From an uncultured virus (IMG/VR IMGVR_UViG_3300044825_003036) (Duplodnaviria; Heunggongvirae; Uroviricota; Caudoviricetes): a stretch of DNA of 64,000 nt. Made by a program: the position numbers and the translations under genes. This document shows positions 44,097 through 51,632 of this stretch, in pieces (positions within the stretch are counted from its first letter, which is position 1; each line of letters starts with the position of its first letter). The notes beneath the pieces were generated by a model. The model saw only the letters and a program-made list of their open reading frames with translations, searched no databases and was not told the origin of the DNA. The stretch is taken from the IMG/VR virus record IMGVR_UViG_3300044825_003036, one strand, 5' to 3'.

Positions 44097-45641
44097 ATGG
44101 AAAGCACCCTACGAATCGAATACGAGCCGATCGAGAGCGCCAAGCTGGCGGTCGGCAACCCCAAATCTCACGACCTGCCCCTGATCAAAGCCTCTATCCA
44201 GCGATGGGGCTTTGCCGAGCTGGCGGTCGTCAACGAAAAGACCGGACGCCTCGTGGCCGGGCACGGCCGGCGGGAGGCGCTCGTGGAGCTTCAGCGCAGT
44301 GGCGCGCCGCTGCCCGGCAACATTCGGCAGGACGAGCAGGGACGCTGGCTGTGGCCCGTCGTTCGAGGGGTGAGCTTCCGCAACCAGGCGGAGGCCGACG
44401 GCTACTTAGTGGCCGTCAACCGGTCGGTGATGGCTGGCGGCTGGGACGCCGATCGTTTGGCGAAGCTGCTCGACGGTGTCCGCGCCAAAACCGATCTGGT
44501 TGGCACAGGCTTCACGTCGAAGGAGCTCGATCGGATGCTGAGCAAGGCGAAGGTCTCGGCAGTCGAACAGCAGGGCGAGCCGGATGCGGGGGAGCTGCCG
44601 ACCGAGCCGATTTCCAAGGCCGGCGATCTTTGGCTGCTCGGGGACCATCGGCTGGTGTGTGGGGACTGCCGCGACTCGACGGTGATGGCGCGCCTCATGG
44701 ACGGCGACTTGGCGGACGAGCTGTTCGCCGATCCGCCGTACGGCATGGGCAAGGAAAAGGATGGGATCGTGGGCGACAACCAGTACGGCCCGAAGCTTGA
44801 CCAGTTCCAAAGCGAGTGGTGGCGTGCTGTGCGTCCGCACCTCAAGTCGACGGCGGCGGCGTACATCTGGGGCAATGCGCCGGACTTGTGGCGCTGGTGG
44901 TTTGGCTGGCTGTCGCTGAGCGAGACGCTCACGTTCCGCAACGAGATTGTTTGGTACAAGGGGGATTACGCTAACGGGCAACGAACCGCGGTGGCCCTGC
45001 AGTACCCGGTTCTGTCCGAGCGCGCGCTTTTTTTCGTTCTGGGGAACCAAGCTGCTGGAGCGCGTAACCAGGCCCGCTATTGGCAGGGGTGGGAACCGAT
45101 CCGTAGTTACTTGGCGGAGGAGGCCAAGGCGGGCGGGCTCAACGCGGGCAGGGTCAAAGAGCTCACGGGTGCGGGGATGTGGCAACACTGGTTTTCCAAG
45201 AGCCAGTGGCTATTCCTGCCTGAGGACGCCTACCAAGCGCTTCGGGCCGCAACTGGACGTTTCGAGAGGTCCTATGCGGCGCTTAGTGCCCAATATGAGG
45301 CGCTCCGGTTTGAGTTCGAAAAGCTGCAGACGGCGGAGCGCGCCTACCACGACAACACCCACGAGAAGATGGGCGACGTGTGGGAGTTCCCGCGGCTCGT
45401 GGGCGCCGAGCGGCATGGGCACGCGACGCCGAAACCCGTGGCGCTCGCCAAGCGCGCGCTGCTCACGTCGTGCCCGCCTGGCGGCGTCGCGGTGAGCCCT
45501 TTCGGCGGGACGGGCCCCGAGCTGTTGGCGGCGGAGCAAACGGGGCGTAGGGCTCGCCTGGTGGAGCTCCAACCGGCTTACGTGGACGTCGTGATCGAGC
45601 GGTGGCAGCGATTGACTGGAGGGAAAGCGAAGCGGGGCTGA
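44097..45641 (+). CDS. ParB-N domain fused to a beta-class N6/N4 DNA methyltransferase
   Basis: NPKSH...SIQRWGF...VAGHGR; GDLWLLGDHRLVCGD; DPPY; HATPKPV; SPFGGTG. Confidence 0.92.
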   Translation: MESTLRIEYEPIESAKLAVGNPKSHDLPLIKASIQRWGFAELAVVNEKTGRLVAGHGRREALVELQRSGAPLPGNIRQDEQGRWLWPVVRGVSFRNQAEADGYLVAVNRSVMAGGWDADRLAKLLDGVRAKTDLVGTGFTSKELDRMLSKAKVSAVEQQGEPDAGELPTEPISKAGDLWLLGDHRLVCGDCRDSTVMARLMDGDLADELFADPPYGMGKEKDGIVGDNQYGPKLDQFQSEWWRAVRPHLKSTAAAYIWGNAPDLWRWWFGWLSLSETLTFRNEIVWYKGDYANGQRTAVALQYPVLSERALFFVLGNQAAGARNQARYWQGWEPIRSYLAEEAKAGGLNAGRVKELTGAGMWQHWFSKSQWLFLPEDAYQALRAATGRFERSYAALSAQYEALRFEFEKLQTAERAYHDNTHEKMGDVWEFPRLVGAERHGHATPKPVALAKRALLTSCPPGGVAVSPFGGTGPELLAAEQTGRRARLVELQPAYVDVVIERWQRLTGGKAKRG

Positions 45642-45647
45642 GACCGC

Positions 45648-45760
45648 TTGCGCGCCGCTCCGGTCCTGATAGTCTCGACGGGTAGCTACGGCATGGCTAC
45701 GCCTCGTGTGTTGAGTGGAGCTCCCCCGTCTGGTAACCCCAGGCGGGGGTTTTCTTTTTG
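45648..45760 (+). ncRNA. Candidate small RNA of about 80 nt with its own promoter and terminator
   Basis: TTGCGC-16 bp-TAGTCT (extended TG); hairpin GTAGCTA/TGGCTAC; terminator CCCCCGTCTGG/CCAGGCGGGGG + TTTTCTTTTT. Confidence 0.55.
45723..45760 (+). terminator. Intrinsic terminator
   Basis: GC stem followed by TTTTCTTTTT. Confidence 0.85.
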
Positions 45761-45794
45761 GGGGTGACGAAACGTGCCGGGCTCTTGTTGGACA

Positions 45795-46273
45795 GATCCC
45801 CCCCATTCTTCCCTGGTAGTGACTAGGGAAGGTGTTGGATCTTGGGGACCAGGGGATCCGGGGTCAGTCCTGCTACGCTCTCCGAACCTGCGAGACCAGG
45901 GGTTCTGTGGTGCGCTCTTGGGGACCTATGTCGCTAGCCTGAGGCGGCAGTTACCCCGCCTCGGATACCGAGTGCCTACCGAGGGGGGGTTGTGCGCGTG
46001 GGGCCGTTCGAGCCCACGAGCGATCGGCTGCCTGTTCGAGGCGCGAGAGAGCGCCCCTTGCCAACATGCGGCTGGGTACTGACTAGGGTTGCTGACCATT
46101 TCGGCTCACGCCGCACACCGGTCCCGCGGGTGCAATGGGGCGCCATCAGCGAAAGCGCTTGGCCCGAAACCGCTTGGCGGCTGCAGGCGAACAGGGTAGA
46201 CCTGTGTCCGGGACTGGACTGATACACCGCCCAACCCTACCTCGGACGTAATGCCCCTGGGGTAGGGTTTTTT
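45795..46273 (+). ncRNA. Candidate large structured ncRNA
   Basis: Nested long-range helices and many hairpins, no credible ORF, 3' terminator. Confidence 0.5.
46233..46273 (+). terminator. Intrinsic terminator
   Basis: AACCCTACCTC...GGGGTAGGGTT followed by TTTT. Confidence 0.75.
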
Positions 46274-46408
46274 GATCCAATTTGGGGAGCTGCCGGCTGT
46301 CCCGTTCTGGGGCTGTGGACAAGTCAAAAAGTCCTAGCGTTCGGCTCTTGCTTCTGTCAGAAGCCCCCTTGCCAGCAAAGCCGCCTGAGGGGTGGGGCTG
46401 GCCCCTGA

Positions 46409-46482
46409 TGCGGTTTAGAGCAGCTCGGTAGCTCGCTAGGCTCATAACCTGGAGGTCGTTGGTTCAAATCCAACAGCCGCAA
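46409..46482 (+). tRNA. tRNA-Met (CAT), initiator-type; CCA not encoded
   Basis: Cloverleaf: TGCGGTT/AGCCGCA acceptor, GAGC/GCTC D-stem (A11:U24), CTCATAA loop, GTTGG-TTCAAAT-CCAAC T arm. Confidence 0.93.
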
Positions 46483-46488
46483 CTGAAA

Positions 46489-46693
46489 CGTCCAGAGTCC
46501 CTGCTTTGACTTCTCCCCCGCCGGGAACACCGATGGGAAGGGGAGCAAGATGGTGCGGGATGATGCAGGATCCTGTTAAACGCAGGGAATTGACCCTGAG
46601 TCCGGCGAGTATGGGCGGCCAGCCTTGAGCCGCACCGCGATGACCCGGGCGATTTGTGCGCCCGCCAGCGGGAAGCTGGTGGGACTCTGGACG
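46489..46693 (+). ncRNA. Candidate 205-nt multibranch RNA immediately 3' of the tRNA
   Basis: Perfect 13-bp closing helix CGTCCAGAGTCCC/GGGACTCTGGACG enclosing several stems. Confidence 0.5.
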
Positions 46694-46739
46694 GTTCGCC
46701 CAAGGGCCTGGGGCAGGTGGCACAGAAAAAACCTGCCCA

Positions 46740-46786
46740 CCAAAACTTTTCCTTGCCGATTTATTCTGGCTAAGGGAAGTTTTGGG
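46740..46786 (+). promoter_or_regulatory. Early promoter bracketed by inverted-repeat operator-like boxes
   Basis: AAAACTTTTCC-TTGCCG-17 bp-GAAGTT within GGGAAGTTTTGG; the same architecture occurs at about 50019-50064. Confidence 0.6.
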
Positions 46787-46821
46787 CATGCCGCGGTTGG
46801 CGGCAACGAAAGGACAAGATC

Positions 46822-47022
46822 ATGGACGCAGTATTCAGCAAGATCGGCACGACTCGTGCGGGCAAGCTCACTCACTGGATCAAGGGTGAGGTGCGCGGCC
46901 ACCAAGCCCCAGCTTGTGGCCAGAATCGTCGGGCTTGGGGTGCTGGGGACATGAGGACCCTGGCAGCGGAGACCCGCCCAACCTGCGCTCACTGTCGCAA
47001 GATTCAGGCGGCGAAGGCATGA
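46822..47022 (+). CDS. Small Cys/His protein
   Basis: Hairpin-SD leader; H...ACG...TCAHC. Confidence 0.65.
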   Translation: MDAVFSKIGTTRAGKLTHWIKGEVRGHQAPACGQNRRAWGAGDMRTLAAETRPTCAHCRKIQAAKA

Positions 47023-47651
47023 GCGACGCGACAGCAGCAGCCCCGCTGTTCGCTGTCGTCTCGCTTGCGATGTTGGCGTGCCTGGTGGTGGCCTGGTGGC
47101 TCGAAAGGCCCCGGTCATGACCAGGCTGCAGCAGCAAACGAACCGACTGGCGGCGCTGAATGACTTGGTGGAGCTGCGCAAGAGCGCGCGGCAGTTGGCG
47201 GCGGAGCGCAGCGCGGAGGAGATCCGGCAGTTGCTCCGCGAGTGGCGACGGAGACAGCGGGATGCTCGCGTTGGTGCGTAGAATTCTTGGGCGGTGCCTG
47301 CGGTGCAGTCAAAAGCTCGGAGAACTAGCGCCGAGGCATCATGCCTACTGCCAGCGGTGCTGGCTTGGCTACGAGTGGCCGCGCCACTGCTATGAACGCA
47401 TTCTGAGGGCTGACAAGGAAAGGGAAAGGGGTGGGGATCATGGGCACAACGGCAAAGATCAGGCATAGACGGGCGCGAGCCCGACGGCTCACGGCTCAGC
47501 GGTGGTTCACCGAAAAGGAGCTGGTTGAGTCTGGGCTATACCGCGAGATCCGAGTGATCTCGGGCGATGAGCTCAGGCAACGGTTTTTTTTGGATGCGCG
47601 ATCAGCTGAGCGCGTCAGGGCGAAATTGGCGAAGTTGAAAGCGGAGGTGGT

Positions 47652-48287
47652 GTGATGGTCTGGGATCCAGAGGCAGCAAAAAAGAAAGAGAGCGAGATTC
47701 GGCAGCGGCTCAAGGCGGAAGCCGAGGTTCTGTTGGAGTTGGTGGTTGCGGAGCTCGTAAAGCGTGGTTTCAAGGCCGAGCCGATTGCCTTGGGCCAGCG
47801 TGCAGGGGTTGGCTCAGGATCCGCTAGGCGGCGCGCGATGTTGCTGATCGGGCAGCAGCGTGTCCCGTTGTGGATTGAACAGGACCGCGAAACTGGCACC
47901 CTTGGCCGCTCCATATGGCAAGATTGGTTGCGGGTTTCGTGCGATGGGATTTACGGCGGTTTTCGAACCCGCGAAATCCCGATGCGAAGCAAGACGTTTG
48001 CTCGGTCGAAGTCGCGAGAAGCGACCTACGGTTTTGACGTCGAGAAGATTGCAGACCACTGCGAGGCGTGGGCAGCGCTGGATGTCTCCACTCGCCTGAA
48101 AGAAGAGCTCAGTGACTCGGCCCTGGAAGCCTGGGAAAAGGCCAAGGAGCGCCTCGTGTTACAATTCCCCTCGGCAGAGGGACACCTGAGCGCGACGGAC
48201 AAGGGTTTGAGCTTGAAACTGTTGGTAAACGAGGGCCAGGCGGTAGCGTTGCTGGAGCTCCTGAAGTTGAACGAAAAGGGCCGCTGA
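47652..48287 (+). CDS. Hypothetical protein
   Basis: 211 aa ORF; SD GGAGG. Confidence 0.7.
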   Translation: MMVWDPEAAKKKESEIRQRLKAEAEVLLELVVAELVKRGFKAEPIALGQRAGVGSGSARRRAMLLIGQQRVPLWIEQDRETGTLGRSIWQDWLRVSCDGIYGGFRTREIPMRSKTFARSKSREATYGFDVEKIADHCEAWAALDVSTRLKEELSDSALEAWEKAKERLVLQFPSAEGHLSATDKGLSLKLLVNEGQAVALLELLKLNEKGR

Positions 48288-48312
48288 GGCGGCAACGAAA
48301 GGACAAGAGGAA

Positions 48313-49290
48313 ATGACGACGACGAAAGAACAGGTGGGCGCGGTGTTGGCTTCGGGCGGCACCCAAACGATTGGAGCTTTGGTGTTCTGGTCGCTGGCTT
48401 CGGTGAGAGTGAAGCGAGACGAGTTCCGCGAGCGGCTGACCTCCCTCGGACTGGACAGTGCCATGGGCAAGGACCCGTCCCCCCGCAGCGCGCTGAGCAA
48501 GGCCGTTGCGGCGGCCTTCACTGGGCGCAAAGGCGTGATGGCGCGGCGTTTGGCGAACGGCAACGTCGGGATCGTGCTGGAGCGAATTACGGCCGGGCAC
48601 GCCAAGTATCGGCACGTCGCGACGGTTTCGGCACATTCCGGGGCTTTTCAAACAGACGCTGAGGTCGAACCGTTGCCAGCAACCAGCTCCGGCCCCGTCG
48701 TGTCCTATGAAGGGGAGACTGAGGGAGTTCCCGCGCGTGAAGCGCTCACAGCTGTGGCCCCGTCGCTCTTGGCTGAGCTGGGCGCGGCGTACGAGACCGC
48801 CAACAGCTACCTGCTCACCAACGACCTGAGTGAGGTGTTGATTTCGGCAGTCAACGGAAGCCCGCACCGTGGGCTTCTGGCGGGGCTCAGCCTGCGCGAG
48901 CGGACCGGCGGGCTCTACTTCATTGCTGGGCCCTACGTGGAGCGGATGCAGCAGCTCCAGCACCTGATCCAGGACGTGGCACCGTCGTGTGTCGTGTCGG
49001 TGATGACCATCACTGGATCCAAAGAGAACCTTGGCGAGGCGGCTCGCGCGGCTAAGCTGACGTTTGCGGCGCAGCTCGACGAGCTGAAGACCGAGCTGGT
49101 GGACTTCAAGGCGGGGCTGCAGATGAAGGGCAAGGGCGCGTCCGAGTATTCGATCGAGACCCGGATCGAGCGGTACAAGGACTTGGCCGCGCGAGTGGCG
49201 GTGTTCAAAGACTTGCTTGGGGTCGATGACCTGGAGCGTCAGATCGAGGCGGCCAAGACGGAGATGGTCAAAGAGCTGGAGGGCCTGTGA
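48313..49290 (+). CDS. Conserved phage/MGE protein (DUF3150/DUF6744-like)
   Basis: GALVFWSL N-terminus, GGLYFI motif, C-terminal coiled coil; near the AAA/VWA genes. Confidence 0.55.
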   Translation: MTTTKEQVGAVLASGGTQTIGALVFWSLASVRVKRDEFRERLTSLGLDSAMGKDPSPRSALSKAVAAAFTGRKGVMARRLANGNVGIVLERITAGHAKYRHVATVSAHSGAFQTDAEVEPLPATSSGPVVSYEGETEGVPAREALTAVAPSLLAELGAAYETANSYLLTNDLSEVLISAVNGSPHRGLLAGLSLRERTGGLYFIAGPYVERMQQLQHLIQDVAPSCVVSVMTITGSKENLGEAARAAKLTFAAQLDELKTELVDFKAGLQMKGKGASEYSIETRIERYKDLAARVAVFKDLLGVDDLERQIEAAKTEMVKELEGL

Positions 49291-49706
49291 CGCCACGGCA
49301 GCAGCTGGTTTGGGCTCGCCGGTGGCTCCAGGTTCATAAGTTTTGGCTGTTGGTGTTTTCCTGCATTCATCAGCCACGTTGCCTGCTCCTGCGAGTTGCT
49401 GCAGTGCTTGACCGTCATGGGCACAAGGCTCTCGACCGAGCCGGAACCGCGAGAGCCAAGGCGCAGTTTCTGCTCGATGAGATCGCGAAGAACCCAGAAC
49501 AGCAGGCCTTTTGGGCTGCAGAGAAGGATCGAACGTGAACGACGACCGGGAAGTGTTTTGGACTCGGATGGTGGTTGCCGCGCTGTCGAATCCCGCGGTG
49601 ACGGACGGGCCAGCGGCGCACGTGGCGGAACGAGCTGCCGATCTGGCGGATTGTGCGCTAGTGGAGTTCGATGCCCGTTTTCGCAGGGACAGCAGCTCGG
49701 ACCAAG

Positions 49707-50051
49707 GTGATCCTGAGGAGGCACAAGCCGATCTACCAGATCAAGAACTTCCGTGAGAAGTTCCTCTGGCGGCTCGCTGAGCTTGGGCTGGACCAGGTGG
49801 ACGTCGCTCAGCGAATGGGCGTGATCCATCGGCGGGTGAAAGCGATCCTCCATGCAAGGCGGATCGAGGAGGCTACTCTGGCGCGGGTGAGCGCGGCGCT
49901 GGAGTGGCCGATCGAGCGGTGGCAGCGCCGGCTACGGGTGCCTAAGTCGCCAGCCAAGACGGCGCTTCGGCACCTCATGGCGCACGCCGAGCAACAAGCA
50001 AAAAAACTGGAGCAGCCGAAAACTTTCCGCTTGCCCCGCTCCGGCGAGTAA
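49707..50051 (+). CDS. XRE-like HTH protein
   Basis: LAELGLDQVDVAQRMGV...TLARVSAALE. Confidence 0.65.
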   Translation: MILRRHKPIYQIKNFREKFLWRLAELGLDQVDVAQRMGVIHRRVKAILHARRIEEATLARVSAALEWPIERWQRRLRVPKSPAKTALRHLMAHAEQQAKKLEQPKTFRLPRSGE

Positions 50052-50064
50052 GGGAAGTTTTGGG
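50019..50064 (+). promoter_or_regulatory. Second copy of the early promoter/operator
   Basis: AAAACTTTCCGC-TTGCCC-17 bp-GAAGTT within TAAGGGAAGTTTTGGG. Confidence 0.6.
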
Positions 50065-50100
50065 GGTCGCGGTTTGGCGACAACGAAAGGACAAGCGGAA

Positions 50101-50316
50101 ATGGCAGCTGAAAAGGCACAGGTTGTTGTGGGTGGGTTCGTTCAGGCTCACGTCATGCTACATGCGGACGCGAACGTTCGAACGATGTTCCCCTTGCTCC
50201 GTCGCAAGGGCTGCCTGGACTCCCAGATCTGGGACTCGATCCGTGAGCTCCGCGCTCGCGGGCTGAACTACGACGCGGTCACTGGGGCTTTGCAGTTCGT
50301 CAAGGTGGCTGGGTAA
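50101..50316 (+). CDS. Small hypothetical protein
   Basis: ATG after the hairpin-AACGAAAGGACAA leader. Confidence 0.6.
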   Translation: MAAEKAQVVVGGFVQAHVMLHADANVRTMFPLLRRKGCLDSQIWDSIRELRARGLNYDAVTGALQFVKVAG

Positions 50317-50498
50317 AGAAGGGGCCGGGGGGCTATGAGCGAGGACGAGCGAGACACGATTCGCTGCAGTCCCGAGGAGCCGACGATCCCTGCGCAAGCG
50401 CCAAGCTGCGCGGCGGAGCCGGAGGTTCCACGGGACTCAGAGTGGGCAGGTTTTTCAACTGAAATGGCCGCAATTTTGGCCGAGATACTGGAGGCAGA

Positions 50499-51632
50499 GT
50501 GCAAGATTTGTTCGTGAACTTGGGGAAGTCATTGGGTGCTACGTTTCGTGAACGTGACGAAGTGATCAATGGGCTGATGTGTGCGGCGCTGGCGCAGGAG
50601 CACGTGCTTCTGCTCGGGCCACCTGGTACGGCCAAGAGCGCGCTGGCGCGAGCGTTTGCGGAGTCGGTGGGCGGCCACCATTTCGAGTGGCTGCTCAGCA
50701 AGTTCACCGCGCCGGAGGAGCTGTTTGGGCCGATCTCGTTGCAGGGGCTCAAGGCAGATCGCTACCGTCGAGTGACGACCGGCAAGCTGCCCGAGGCGGA
50801 AACGGTGTTCCTGGACGAGATCTTCAAGGGCGGTTCGGCGATCCTGAATACGCTCCTGGCCGCGATCAACGAACGCGTGTTCCACAACGACGGCCAGGTG
50901 CAAAAGCTGCCGCTCCGAATGGTGATCGGCGCGTCCAACGAGCTACCCGAGGGCCCCGAGCTCGGCGCACTCTACGACCGGTTCTTGTTGCGCTACTGGG
51001 TGGGTTACCTGCAGGGCCCGACCCAGTTTATTTCGATGATGCGTTCGTCGGAGCAGCTGTTCTCTCGGGTCATTTCGACCGAGCAATGGGACACGGCGCG
51101 GGCAGAGGTCGCTAAGCTTCCGGTCGATCCGGACTTGTACCAGAGCTTTTTCAAGCTCCGCACCGAGGCGCAGAAGGTCGGTCTAGCGCTCTCGGACCGA
51201 CGTTGGATGCGGATGATTCGCCTAGTCAAGGCCAGCGCTTGGCTTGCTGGGGACAAGGTCGCCGACCTGGAGCATTTCGACGTGTTGAAGGCGGCGCTGT
51301 GGAGCGACCCAGGCGAGCGCGACGCAGCCAACAAGCTCGTGGAAGACACGGTCGGCGGCGTGCTGACGCTGGCGGCGTCGGTGAGCCAGACGATCGAGCG
51401 GCAGGTGCAGAATGCTCAGCTGGACTTGGCTATTCCGGCGCGTGATGCTGAGTGGCAGCGGAAGCTGATCACAGCGCAGCAAGAAACGTCGCGCGGCGTC
51501 GCGCGGCTCAAAGAGCTGCAGACGCAGGCGGCAACCAAGAGTCAGAAGGCCAAGCTGGCGGCGCTGGTCGAGAAGGCCGAGCAGACCGTGGCCCCGGTGA
51601 AAGCCACCCTCAAGGCATCGCTGGAGATCTGA
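50499..51632 (+). CDS. MoxR-family AAA+ ATPase (RavA-like)
   Basis: GPPGTAKS, PEELFGP, FLDEIFK, ILNTLL, GASNELP, ALYDRF, SDRRW. Confidence 0.92.
   Translation: MQDLFVNLGKSLGATFRERDEVINGLMCAALAQEHVLLLGPPGTAKSALARAFAESVGGHHFEWLLSKFTAPEELFGPISLQGLKADRYRRVTTGKLPEAETVFLDEIFKGGSAILNTLLAAINERVFHNDGQVQKLPLRMVIGASNELPEGPELGALYDRFLLRYWVGYLQGPTQFISMMRSSEQLFSRVISTEQWDTARAEVAKLPVDPDLYQSFFKLRTEAQKVGLALSDRRWMRMIRLVKASAWLAGDKVADLEHFDVLKAALWSDPGERDAANKLVEDTVGGVLTLAASVSQTIERQVQNAQLDLAIPARDAEWQRKLITAQQETSRGVARLKELQTQAATKSQKAKLAALVEKAEQTVAPVKATLKASLEI

Noticed and set aside
45774..46082. 102-aa ORF in the non-coding block
   Set aside because: No SD or leaderless promoter spacing, atypical composition, and it overlaps the extensive RNA pairing.
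45760..46273. tmRNA or RNase P RNA (a GGGGGTGA start resembles tmRNA)
   Set aside because: No tRNA-like 3' end with T-loop and CCA, and no RNase P GAGGAAAGTCC core.
46409..46482. tRNA as an attachment site marking a prophage boundary
   Set aside because: Phage-like genes in the same orientation lie on both sides, with no integrase and no duplicated tRNA 3' end in the window.
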